From Flaccisagitta enflata (Eukaryota): DNA of 64,000 bases. Each line of letters opens with the position of its first letter. Position 1 is the stretch's first letter. A model generated the notes under the pieces. That model ran no database searches. It had not been told where the DNA came from and worked only from the letters and a program-made list of their open reading frames with translations. Location of the stretch: positions 5,704,001-5,768,000 of the forward strand of contig OZ231126.1 of the NCBI GenBank assembly GCA_965153355.1, written 5' to 3'. Shown piece after piece: positions 1 through 19,000 of this stretch. The translations under genes and the position numbers were made by a program.

Positions 1-187
1 AATAATAAATACGCGAACTTAATTGGATAGATGATAAATAGCGGGCTATACGAGTATTGCATTTTTTGCTCACGCATAATGTTAATGTTCATAAAAAGTC
101 AAATTTAAATCAAGAAAATTTTAGAATTATCGCTCTAAATACCTAACCTATTTGTAACATCAATGACGATGATTGACACATGAGTAT

Positions 188-2187
188 TAGGACAGGGGTT
201 CTGACACAGATTTTGGCAGATCCTTCTTGTTAACGGCACTTTGGCTCAAAATCAATGTAGTATTAATGTTCTGCCTTCAAAAGTCGCATTGGGTATCAGG
301 AAATTGTGACCGCCACCCCCCCACCCCCCCTCAGAAGGTGGTGACCTCTAAAGATTAAGCAATTCGCCTTCTTTTGCTAATAAATTCTAAATGGATCATT
401 CAAAAAGCCTGGTGATGGTCTCATTTGAAAGGTATTTACGTGGAGAACATGAAAGATTACTGATATGAAAGAGGGGTCCCAAGGGGGGCCCTTAAGGGGC
501 CCCTAAAGTGATTGAAGGGGCCCTCAAAGCATCCAATACATGAAAATGTGCAATGATTCGTTAAAAAAACTAGGTAATGGTGTCATTTAAAACGATTCTA
601 CCCATAGAATATGAAAAATTACTGATATGGAAGAGGGGGCTCCAAAGGGGCCCCTAAAGAACCCCAAAGAGGTAAAAGGGGCCCTTGAAGGATCTATAAC
701 CATGAAAATGTAGATTGGACTCTTTGATAAATCTAATTGTGGTGTTTTTGGAAGGTATCTATGTGGAGAACATGAAATGTTATTGACATGGATGATGGGG
801 TCCCCAGGTGGCTGCTTAGCGCCCCCAAAGGGATTGAAGAGGACCCCAAAGGATCTAAAGTCTTGAAAATTCAAAATGAATTGTTCAAAAAATCTGGAAG
901 TGGTCTCATTTAGAAGGTATTTACATAAAAAACTTAAAATGTTACTGATATGGAAAATTTGGTTTCCAAGGGGCCCCTAAGGAGCCGCTAAGGAGTAAAA
1001 GAGGGCCCCAATGAATCCAAAATCATGAAAATCTTTAATTGTTTTAGTTTTCTCCAAAAAGCCAAACCGAAATAAACAGATAGGTATACAGATAGACAGA
1101 CACACAAAAAGACAGACACACAAAAAGACAGACAGACATTTGTGTCAAGATTTTTGCTTAATCTTGACACATAGGAGTTGACATCCATAACTGATTGCCC
1201 AGCTAAACTCAACTGAACTCCACACTCTGCACTCCCTTGGTTTATCCGCCCATTTGTCTATCTTTTTGTCCGTCCCTCTGTCTGTATACCTATCTGTTTG
1301 TTTATTTTGGTCTGTCTTTTAGAGAAGACTATGACAATTCAAGATTTTCATGATTTTGGATTCATTGGGGTCCTCTTTTACTCCTTAGCGGCTCCTTAGG
1401 GGCCCCCTGGGAACCAAATTTTCCATATCAGTTATGTTTTATGTTTATATGTAAATACCTCCTAAATAAGACCACTACCAGATTTTTTGAACAATTCATT
1501 TTAAATTTTCAAGGCTTTAGATCCTTAAGGGTCCTCTTCATTCCCTTTGGGGGCCCTAAGCGGCCACCTAGGGACCCCATCATCCATGTCAATAACATTT
1601 CATATTCTCCATGTAGATACCTTCCAAAAACACGACAATCAGATTTATCAAAGAGTCCAATCTACATTTTCATGGTTATAGATCCTTCTAGGGCCCCTTT
1701 AACCTCTTTGGGGTTCTTTAGGGGCCCCTTTGGCGCCCCCTCTTCCACATCAGTAATTTTCATATTCTATGGGTAGAAACGTTTTAAATGACACCATTAC
1801 CTAGTTTTTTTAACAAATCATTGCACATTTTCATGTATTGGATGCTTTGGGGGCCCCTTCAATCACTTTAGGGGCCCCTTAAGGGCCCCCCCTTGGGACC
1901 CCTCTTTCATATCAGTAATCTTTCATGTTCTCCACGTAAATACCTTTCAAATGAGACCATCACCAGGCTTTTTGAATGATCCATTTAGAATTTATTAGCA
2001 AAAGAAGGCGAATTGCTTAATCTTTAGAGGTCACCACCTTCTGAGGGGGGGGTGGGGGGTGGCGGTCACAATTTCCTGATACCCAATGCGACTTTTGAAG
2101 GCAGAACATTAATACTACATTGATTTTGAGCCAAAGTGCCGTTAACAAGAAGGATCTGCCAAAATCTGTGTCAGAACCCCTGTCCTA
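188..2187. mobile_element. 2.0-kb non-autonomous foldback element, hAT-like
   Basis: Starts TAGGACAGGGGTTCTGACACAG and ends CTGTGTCAGAACCCCTGTCCTA. The arms of about 0.9 kb are near-perfect inverted copies. An 8-bp TSD, ATGAGTAT, lies at 180-187 and 2188-2195. No transposase ORF. Confidence 0.9.
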
Positions 2188-2975
2188 ATGAGTATGGACT
2201 GAAATTGGGACGGACAATCGATTTTGAATTGCAATATTTTGGTGTATAAAACGAATTTGTGGGGACAAAATTTAAAACCAAAAATCCTATATCAAGTAAA
2301 AGGCTTCCATGAGAAATGGAATGTAAAGAAAAAAGGTGATAAGGACGCTTATGGTAGCGACGACAAATAAAAATAAGGCACGACGCATGATAGAAAATTC
2401 ACAGAAAAGATAGAAATTCAAAGAAATAAAAGGAAATATGGAACCCCAAGTTGAAACGAATGTGCAGTTCTACTGTCCGCCATCCAGGCTTCATCACTTC
2501 ATCAGCATTTGGACAATAAGTACGAGAGTAACGACGCGATGTAGCACATTTTCGCGAACAATTAGGGGTAAAATAGTCATGGTTGACTGCCGTATTCCAC
2601 TTGAGATGAGATCGATCAGGGCTACATGCAATAAAGACAACCGTGTGGAAAATGTGAAAAACCTTTATTCTACGTCCATAGAAACAAGCTCCTGAATTTG
2701 AGGCATGTGTGGTGATGATCAGGGTTCCGCCCAGTAGTCCTTCGGTACTTAGGTCAAGGGACCAACATATTACACCCACTATAGGCGAATTTCCGTTATT
2801 GCCCACATAGAATTGACATGAAGAGACCAAGTTTTTAGATCCATTTTTAGGCGAATTTCCGCTAGTTTTGCTTCCGTTATAGCGGGATTTAACTGTACTT
2901 CATCCCAGTTGTCCTACTAACCCACTAAAACTAACAGTCACTAGTCCTATTTACCAATAGTTCTACCATCCACTA

Positions 2976-3245
2976 TACAGTCTACGGACATTACGGTATC
3001 TGTAAATATGTCAGCAGTTTGGCATATCTAGACAATGAAATCTCTCATTCTGGTACATTTCAACAGATTGAGATCTCTCATTCTACTGTGATAAATCTTG
3101 TAGAATGAAAAATCTCAATGCATTATAATGTGCCAGAATGAGATATCTCAATGCGTTGAAACTTGTCAGAATGAAAGATCTCAAGGCGTTCAAATATACC
3201 AAACTGCTGATTTATCTACAAATACCGTTTTGTCCACTGACTGCA
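2976..3245. mobile_element. Degenerate MITE with inverted ends
   Basis: CAGTCTACGGACA...ACGGTATCTGTAAATATGTCAGCAGTTTGG is mirrored by CCAAACTGCTGATTTATCTACAAATACCGT...TGTCCACTGACTG. Internal AGAATGA/ATCTCA subrepeats. Confidence 0.6.
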
Positions 3246-3372
3246 TAGTCAAGGTTCATTTAAGTAATTGTTTATTTATAACGATTTGAAGCATTGATTA
3301 CTAACCCAATTTTACCTCAATGATAACCATGCTGGAGAGAACTAATTAAAGCTTTTTATTTTCATCCTCCCC

Positions 3373-5243
3373 TCAATAAATCATTACGTCGTGCATGTTC
3401 ACTTCCGCGTTGTAATCTTTCTTCCCGCAGCAGCAGCAGCAGAATTTCATCTCCGCCGCATCGTTGCCCTCGGCGGCGCCGCCGCAGACTCCTCCGGCTG
3501 CCGCGGCCACGGCCACCAGCGCCAGCAGCTGCGCGGCGGCGGCGGCGGGAAGCAGCCAAAAAGACCATTGCAAAAAAGTGACGTCTTTTGAGATCCAGAA
3601 TTTATCGCGTTCGACTTGTGTGAGAATGTCCTGGGATAGCCAAGCCGCGAAGACGGCCAAGTACAAAGCGATCAAAATGATCGTCAAGAGTAAAGAGACC
3701 ACGTTGACGAAACATAACCCGATGGGACCTGGTAACGAGAGAAAAGGGGGAGGAGGGTGGACAATTGGGGGGGGGGTGATTAGGGAGCGAGGGAAATGGA
3801 CACGCGCGTTTCATCCATTAGAGTCAAACGTCTACTTACTCATAGGAGAATTCTCAGAACACTCGTTGCTTAAGTGAAGCTTATATTGTCTTAATCTTAG
3901 CCAGATTCAATTTTTTTTCAAGATTATTTTTTTTTCTTGATTGAAAACTAGAAAAGTCTGTCACTCCCTAGGCTGAGAAGAGAAAAAAATACTCTACTAG
4001 AATCCTTACTGGATAACTCATTCAGACAAATATTTTGACTAACCAAAGCAGGAAAAGAAATTAATCAAAGGTAAATAAAACAATGAAAGAGCGAGGTTCA
4101 TTATTTCAGATGAGTTACTAGCAGATTTGTGATTGAGGAAAGTCGTTATAAGAACGAACGTGGTTATGAATGCATGTCAAGGAAGAAACTGTCTGAGGGT
4201 AGAAGACTGTTGGCATGTGCGGCTTGTTTTTAAGTCCACTAGACGCAAATCAATAAATCCGCAACTGCTTACCTTGCGCCGTTCTGAAGGGTTTTGTGAG
4301 GAGATTGAGCAGGCACAAAGCCGTGGAGGAGATGTTGAGAATGACGACGACGATGGCGAGAATCAAAATCACCACCCAAAATCCAAACGGAAACAAAGAC
4401 TCGTCCCGGATGTAACTGAACACGCTGATCGCAGACTCGCGACCTTTGGTACCGAAACCAGAATCGAACACTTTCGTACCCTGGGTTTAGATAAAGGATG
4501 TAATTGACAGAAGTCAAAAAGCTAAAGCTATAAAATGTAACAGCACAAAATGACCATTCTTGCCAAAACAAGAATCGAAAACTTTGATGCGAGATTTAAG
4601 AGGGGGAAGGTGAGGGGAGACATGGGAGCAGCGCTGGGCCGGGGGAAAAGGAGACAGGGTGGGTTATAAAGATTCATGAGCGGAGAAGATATGCAGGCGT
4701 GGAGAAAATCCCGAGAGTGGTAGCGTGGTTTCAAACTGTTCAACTCAAGACATTGGTAGCAAAGAGAATTATGAAATTGAAAAAGAAGACCATTGGCTAA
4801 TCTTGTCCAATTCCATACCAGCAGACAAGGTCAACATACCAACACAATCTTCTTTTAGTCGCGTGCACGCGACTACACCCCAGTTTGTCCGTCTGTCTGT
4901 CCGTCACACTTTTACTTCTTACATCAATTTTATTTTTTTAAGTCATTTAGGGTATACTAAGTCATTCTGACTTATTTTAAGTCATTCTAAGTTAATCTGT
5001 AAGTCTCGCACGCGACTTGTAAGTGTTGGCCTCGTTTTTACTGATACGAATTCTCACCCGAAACAAGCCGAAATGAACGAAGCCTTTTCCTTTGTCGGCC
5101 GGGGGGCTGTGTTGAGTTGAGTTTTTGAAGGGTTCACTTTGGATCCAATAATTGGTGGCCAACGAAATGCAAATAAGCAAGAAGCTGGCCAAGCTTAGTA
5201 AAAGAGCCACTACAAAATAGCACCGTCTCCGACCTTCAACCAT
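3373..5243 (-). CDS. CLRN: Clarin-family four-transmembrane protein, about 249 aa
   Basis: Exons 5243-5058, 4480-4273 and 3728-3373, with GT-AG introns in consistent phase (750 nt). Motifs: TM1-LATNYW, HFGLFRG, NLLTKPFRTAQGPIGL, WSFWL, C-terminal DVMIY. Minus-strand AATAAA at 3355-3360. Confidence 0.85.
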
Positions 5244-5793
5244 TGTCTTTTTTTTCTTTCTTTTTACGTGCGCCGCGCCAACGCACGCCAACGCACGTCA
5301 ATATGAGGCGGAGTCCGTTAGTTGGTCGGTCGGTAATGCATTCGTTCAAAGATCTTTTTGGCTTTTTGGCTCGTTTTTTCTTTTTGGCTGCCTAATTTAT
5401 CAACCGGTAAAAGGGGTAAATTCAGCCATCATCAAGTTTAAACGAGTCGGTATTTTAAAATCAAATCTAGCCATAATTTTTAGTTTGTTTTTTTTTCAAT
5501 TGTTTGAGTTGCAAAGCAGTTATAAGTCAACTCTGTTGACCAGGCGGAGACAGAAAAACAGTCTCAAGCATCATGCTTATCAATTATCACCCTATAAAAG
5601 AAAACCGTAAGTAGAAAAAATAATAATATACCATATTTTTGCAAAAGGTAACGTCAAGAGGAATCAGTTAACAACAACAAGGAGGGCTACGGGGGGTCAA
5701 ACGAAACGTTACGGGATACAACTCGCTGGAAAAAAAAAATTTGAAAAAAAAATGTTTGAAAAAATGACATGAACAACAAGATATAGCGATGGA

Positions 5794-6130
5794 GTGCCGG
5801 AATCAGCTAAAACTGGCTTTCCCCCCGCCATCATCTGTTTTCTTTGCTTAAATGCTGTCAAACGAGCCGTCGCGCGATTTTCAAATCGATCGGGAACCAT
5901 CGTTAGGGTGACCATGAAGTTTCCATAAATATCTATAGCAGAGGAAAAATTTGTATAATAAAGATATTGGTTCCAATGCTAATTCAATACAAACTTCAAC
6001 CACTCCCTAACGATGGTTCCCAATCGAATTGAAGGTGAAGGTCGCGCGACGGCTCGTTAGAAAGGAATTTAGCAAAAGAAAACAATGAAGGGGGGGGGGG
6101 GGGAAGCCAGTTTCGCCCGTCTTTGGCACC
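5794..6130. mobile_element. Inverted-repeat (MITE-like) element
   Basis: AACGAGCCGTCGCGCGA...GGGAACCATCGTTAGGG at about 5861-5908 is mirrored by CCCTAACGATGGTTCCC...TCGCGCGACGGCTCGTT at about 6005-6058. Confidence 0.55.
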
Positions 6131-6646
6131 CTGACACACGTAGTATCCATGCATGCGACGTTCTAAAGGGCTCAATCAGTTATCTTTTACTACCATACAA
6201 CAACAAACGCAATCCAATGTGGACAGATCTGCTCGAGAGTTAGCCAACAAAAACCTTCTAGCAAGGTAAGCATTGTGTAAAATACTGTTAGCTCCTTCCA
6301 AAAGCTAAAAAAAAACGAAACAAGGTTATTAGACCTAAGTCGCGTGCGTCGGCACTTTCAAAAAAAGTCAGGCAGACAGACAGACAAACTTTTTTTTTTC
6401 AAAAAGACATTTGAAACAGCTGTTTACTACTCCAAGCTTCTTCTCCACTACTTAAAACGCGATAAAAAGCTTTTAGAACAACTTTGTGACGGACCGACGG
6501 ACCGACCGACAGACGGACGTACCGACGGACCGAAAAGTGGCTTTTAGAGTTGCATAGCACGCGACTAAAAAGTAAACGAGATACCGATGGATCGCTGAAC
6601 GGACGGACCGACAAACGGACAAAGTGGGATGTAGAGTCGCGTAACA

Positions 6647-7189
6647 CTTGGGTGCTACACATAGCAAAAGTTGGTTACTTCTTTTCACCCTTTTTACCTA
6701 ATATAGAGTGGCCAAATTTATGACCCTTACTATTTTTATTTCATCAAAAATCGTTTATCTTCCATTTTTTTGAAAATTGTTTATCTTCCGTTTTTTTGAA
6801 AATTGTTTTTGAGAACCTAATTTGCACAATGCAGTGGGATAAAACAATGTGCTGACATTTTTTGAATTAACTTTTTCAAATTTTTACTCTGCGTAGAATT
6901 GTAAATCTGCCTTTTCATAAGCTCTTTCATAGCTTATATTTTTATATCTTAGTTTATTTTTACACATATCATGATTTTTTGAAACAAATAGTTGTCCTTT
7001 TTGTAACAAGACTACACAGGATTTTACTGAATTCAGGGAAATTTGTGAAAATTTTAAGGCCAAAACAAAAACGGAAGATGAAGGAATTTAAAAAAAAATA
7101 AAATAGTCATCTTTATGATTTTTGCTTCTTCACATTACCCAATTAGGTTAAAGGGATACTCCCAACTTTTGCTATGTGAAGCACCCAAG
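6647..7189. mobile_element. MITE inserted into the terminal hairpin of a HINE-like repeat
   Basis: TIRs CTTGGGTGCTACACATAGCAAAAGTTGG and CCAACTTTTGCTATGTGAAGCACCCAAG. Target duplication CGTAACA at 6640-6646 and 7190-7196. Confidence 0.8.
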
Positions 7190-7389
7190 CGTAACACGCT
7201 TCTAAAATCTTTCAGTAGACGCGTATCCTGTCAAGCGCTTGGCTGTATCCAAGTTTCCAAAATACAGCATAAAAGAAAAAGTCTAAATAAGCGCATTTAA
7301 GGGAAAAAATTTCTAAGACGATACAGATCTTTTGTTAGCACTCAGAACTTTACTCCCGAACTGATTGTCCATTTGAATCCATTCATAAC

Positions 7390-7420
<31 letters not shown>

Positions 7421-8539
7421 TAAAAAGGGTAACTAAAAGAGGCCGTGCTTTCGGCGATGATAGGGAAAAAAAAAGAAATAATCGTATATCGGAATAATGT
7501 TTTTGTACATATACACAGAAGTTTGAAATCAAGTATCAAAATAAAATGACGATCACGTTATTGGTGGTAGAAATAAAAACAATCTATGTGTAAATCATAT
7601 CAGGAAACGAAAAATGACGATTTTGACTTGATTGTTCGGAGCGTTTGTATCATATTCCGGGTATATGCTATATATGTAGAAAATACTGAATTCACACTAA
7701 AGTTTCTCTTTCAACAAATTCAATTCAAGGGCTAAAATATTACTAGTGAGTAAAATTTTTTCAATCGACGTAAAAACTGTTAAAGACTCTAAGCTAATGA
7801 CAAAGAAGCGATTGTGTGAACCAGGCTAATGAGGCAAGAAACAGAAAAAAGGATAACAGTGTCGGAGCCGGAGGGCAACAGACTGTGGCTCAGTGGCCAA
7901 GTACTCGGCTACACAAGTCTGCGCAGTGGCGAAGCACTTTGCCGCGTAATCTGCTGCACAGTAATCTGTGTGCGGAGGCGCCGATTGTCCGAATAATTAA
8001 CAGTAAAACAAAAAAACGGATCTTTTTTCCGATGATTATGAAAATTAAATTAACAAGAGACAGACGGAAAAGACCGACGGCGCGCTAAGTCAAATGATAG
8101 TAAGGATGTTTATTTATTTGTACTAGTATCTTATTATCAATACACTAGAAATTGACAGTCTGGGAGCTAATTGCTGTCTATCATCGGACCGAGCGATTTA
8201 TTCAAGGAATCTTTTATAGTAGGATGCTCTCGGTTTTCTTTCCTGAAATATTCAAAAATACTTATGTTAAAAATCCACAAAAAATCCCCGAAAAACGAAC
8301 GTCGATCAGTAAAAAAAATAAGTCAACGGAACAGACAAATGGAATGAACAGATAAGATATAAAAAGTCACGCCACTTTTGACTATCAATTGCGAAACGTA
8401 ACAAAACATAGTGGGCAACATGCGATGTAACAAAGAAAAGATTACCAAACTCGAGGGCCGAGGCTTAGGCGTAATCGTTGCATTGTATCAAGGTCGGGCT
8501 GGAATAAAATCCGTATGGCACCGGGAAGTTGTACTGCTT

Positions 8540-8682
8540 AGGGCGTGTTTCTAGTGAAGATGAAAAACGCGTTTATTCCCATTGAATGCGTTTACAGCGT
8601 GAACACATATGAATTTCTATCGTTCCACCAGAGAGTGAGCAAACGTTAAAAACGCGATCGTTTCTGACTAGAAACACCCCCT
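8540..8682. mobile_element. Small MITE
   Basis: TIRs AGGGCGTGTTTCTAGT and ACTAGAAACACCCCCT. Confidence 0.55.
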
Positions 8683-8997
8683 GATTATAACCAGTACGAC
8701 GAATACCTCAAAGAAATGAGGAGACAAATCACAGTTATGAAAATTTCCGGCTTAATCAATAATCAACTTCGTTCGAGAAATGGGATCTTTGACGGAAGGA
8801 ATCGGTTTGGAAACAGGGCAGGTTGAAACGTAATGAGAGTTGGACGTTACGACAATATCGTCATGCTAAATAACGAACATAAAGAGCTTACTGCTTATCA
8901 CCTTTATCAGCATGCATATAAGTTCAGCACCAATGTAAACAAGACTATCAGCGCATGCACTCGTAAAGGTACCGGGAGAGAAACATACACGAAGAGA

Positions 8998-8998
8998 G

Positions 8999-9088
<90 letters not shown>

Positions 9089-9117
9089 TGAAAGAAACAA
9101 AGCCGTTACTGAAAGTA

Positions 9118-9197
<80 letters not shown>
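8998..9197. repeat. (AAAG)n microsatellite in two blocks
   Basis: Seen directly in the sequence. Confidence 0.95.
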
Positions 9198-9434
9198 CAA
9201 TCAAGCCAAGAGAGAAATGCAGCAAATGAAACAGGCAAATCACATTTGTTACATTTGTTACTGAGACCTCTCAGGCCTTGGGATTGTCCGCATGCTCCGA
9301 AGCTTTGAATCTCAGGCCATGGGATTGGGAATGAGTCCCGCGACCTGGAATCTCAGGCCATTGAATTGTCGATGCGCCCCGAGCCCTGGAATCTCAAGCC
9401 ATGGAATCGTCGATGAGCCCCGAGACCTAGAATC

Positions 9435-15485
<6,051 letters not shown>

Positions 15486-16024
15486 TCTCGCATCTCAGAT
15501 CTGTAAAAGAGTGCAGAAGAGAAACTCCATGATGAAATTGCTAATGACGAGGAAAGAGAAAGGGAAATCTCCAATAAGTTATGAATCAGAATGAACCCTC
15601 CCCAACATACCGAATTGGCAGGAGAGTGCAAGAAGCGCGTTCTTAAATGATCCCCCTTTTGCGAAGCTCATTCATCTCTAAAAGAAAGTCGAAACGAAGA
15701 GATAAGGCAATTAAAAAAACAAAACAAATAACAATGATGCAATTTATCGACGATGAAGACAGTATCAGCGCTTACAATCAGGAAGATAAAATCGACCACC
15801 CAACTAGACATTCTAAAAGTGGTACACCTAAAAAGATAGGTATTATGGATGGACGGAGTGTTTCTGTGGATATTCAGGATGAAACTTTTTCATCTTGTCA
15901 AATAACATATATATTTTGTTTGAATAGTCTAGGCTCTAGGGCAATTAGAAAGAGATGAAGCGGAATCGTGTTCGTTGTCAAGCTACTTGGCCCTAATGCG
16001 CCGAAACCTAACTGTCAACGAAAT

Positions 16025-19000
16025 TTAATTATTATCGACGACAATATGGTTGAGCAGTTGTTGAATGGTGTCCGCGGTTACTGCCTGTCCTTGCTCAAAC
16101 TGGACTTGTAATGTTTGCCCCGTTGGATTTTGAATAATGGCCAAGTTATCGTCGTTCAGAGAGACTCGAAGTTGATTTCCGTCCAAAGGATTCACTAAAC
16201 CGGAGGTGGCAGCGTCGGTAACGTCGGCGGCGCCAGTAACATCGGCGGCGTCGGTAACGTCGGCGGCGCCTGTGACGTTAGCACCATGAGCGGCGTCATT
16301 AACGCAAGCACTTTGAACGGCGCCTTGAGCGATGTAATGCGCGGCGTCATCGACATTAACATCATGACCGGCCCCGTTAGAGTCTGCGGCGGTTCCATCA
16401 CCGGAAATGGCGAAGTCGACGGTAGAGTCGAAGACGAACAAGCTCTTTGACGCACGCGGCGGAAGGATCTGCGAAGTTCCAACGGCGGAGGATGCCAAAC
16501 GCTGCTGGTGTTGTAACTGCTTTTGCTGCAGTGGATCGCCAACATCGCATCGAGGATCGCCGAAGCGAGTATCTTCGTCGACGAAAGAGCCTCCGTGCGA
16601 TGCGGACGTCGCTTGAATCAGATTGTCGAGAATTGACACGTTTTTGTTGAGAAGTTGTTGGAATGTCTCGTTGGTGTTCTGTCTTGGAAGTGTTTGGTCA
16701 ACAGAGTTGGCGAAGGGGTGACCAACACTTGCAGATTCATTTATCAATTGGCGACCAAAAACCGCATCCTCGACGGGATTATCATCCAAAGAAGCAAGTG
16801 GGAGCCAGTTTGATCCTACAATATCGTTGGGAACAGGGCATTGGCCGTTTAGAGAGCGACTCGATATTTTCCCAGTGGTAGTTGTTGAGTTTGAAAGTGA
16901 AGACAAGCCTGCAGTCAAATGGCCAAATGCTGGAAGCAATGAGTTATCAATAGGATGCAAAGCGCCGATATCGATAACCGGGTTGCCCGAGGCGACGGAG
17001 GTACGAGCACTAACAGAGAGACTGGTGGTGGTTGTGGAGGTGGGTGACGGGACAGCAAAAGTTGTGGGAATGGCGGTAGTTGACGGGGGAAGCAGCCCAT
17101 TGGTCGTGCCGATGGTTTCTTTGTGGATATCATCGGGTATTGGGACGCTTGTCATCGTATCTTTAATTCCAGTACAAGTATGTTCATCGACATCATCAGA
17201 CGCAGCCGTCGGCAGCTGCAACGAGTTCAATGTGAATACCGGAAGTTTATCCGCGTCGATTGAGAATGTAAAACCCTTAACCCTGTAATCATCAGTCCCA
17301 CCGCAGCCGTTATCACCATCGCCGTCCTTATCGCCATAGATAGTCCGAGCATCGTCATCGTCATCGCCGTCTCCGTCATGAACTTTATCGCCGCTTTCAT
17401 CCACTTTATTCTCTTCAGTCCCGCGAGTTCTGCTTACGAGGCCCAAAGAATTGGCAAGTTGATTATTTTTGAAGGCAAAGAGTCGAGGGCTCAGATCATT
17501 AGCATCTGATGGAGTCGCTTTTGATACAGGATTAGAGCGCACTTCCTCCATATTGACGCTTCTGTCGTCGTTCTCGCAGGGGACAGGATGGAGCATCGAT
17601 TGGCAGACAGCCGCCACCTGCCAAAAGCATCATAAAAGTTAATCACTCAAAGGCTAAACCAAAACAGAGATCAGAGACGATAAATCCACATACGTGAAAG
17701 CTAACCACTCACCACTTCTCACCTGCTCGTGGAGGCGTTCAAATTGGACCAGGAAGGCTTCTGCTGATATGGATTTGTCCTGAGCTGAGCGATTTCTGAC
17801 GTTGATTTTTGACTCGTAATCGTTCTTGCCTTTCAATGGCTGACCTTTGTTCTTGACATTTCCCGCTTTCAGCAATAAGAAATCGAAAGGAGATAAAATT
17901 CGGAGGACGTCATCCAAAATGACCTCCAGAAATTCCTGAAAGATTCATTTTTTCAATCAAATTCAGCGAGTCAAGATTGCAAAATTTACTCTACTCTTCA
18001 ATGCATAGGGACGTGTGAGATGCCGTTGGGGCATTTCATCATTGAAAAATAGATCATTGACCCATCCCTAAATTGAAACCTACTGACTTAATGAAACTCC
18101 TAAAGCCATACTTGGTCGGTGCATTTTGAGGCTGCGTGTCTAACGAGATTCTTCCTGAGATTTGAAGCTCGAACTTCTTCCAACCTACGCCGTTTTTCTT
18201 CTTCCGTTACTCCTGAATCATTTCTATTGTCTGTCGTTTTTGAATCGTGGGAAGCGACGGAAACTCTGGCGGGTCTTATAGCAACGGCTTCGTCGGCAGA
18301 CGCGGTAGAATTCCTCGCCACAGCGGCGTCGGTCTTCTCAGCAGCAACGGCGCTCTTTTCAACAGCAGCGGCGATCTTTATTTCAGCAGCAGTAGCGGCG
18401 CTCTTTCCAGCAGCATCGGCGTCGCCGCCCTTCCCCTCGATCGAGACCCGGCGCAAATTGTGACTCGGATATCGCTCCAGATGCCGCCGAAGCAATTTAG
18501 CGCTAACGTAGGCTTTGATGCAGTCTAGATGCGGACAAACGTGACTTCGGGCTTTTAACGTGGAATAATAAGGGCCGGCGTGATTCTCCGATTCGTCATC
18601 AGCGCCGACTGAATCCAATTCAGGGTCGAAAGGGACGGCACCGTCGATGTCTGCAGAACGAGGGGAATAATGAAGATGAAAGAAACAATGATGATATACT
18701 ACTGGATACTCAACATGATAGAATGATGCATAGTAGAAGATACATCCATCACGCCAGTGACGCCACAGGACCAGACTTCCCGACCGTGTGAAGATCTCTA
18801 GGATCGTTTCCACGATTGAAGAGCCTTTTCAGTCTAAGTCATTAGAGTAATTACAGTCGTTGTACCTAAATTCTTCGGTCAATTACGAATTGGAATGATT
18901 CGGTGGACTCGGGATTAGATTGATCGACTCGGGATTGGGACTCATTTCTCACCTAGTTCCGTCGCGTTTCCCGTCGTTACTTTGACCGAAGGCTTCACCA

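Noticed and set aside
587-1776. Mirror ORFs 587-874 (-) and 1441-1776 (+) as a transposase or gene pair
   Set aside because: They arise from the two arms of the foldback and show no DDE or other recognisable motif.
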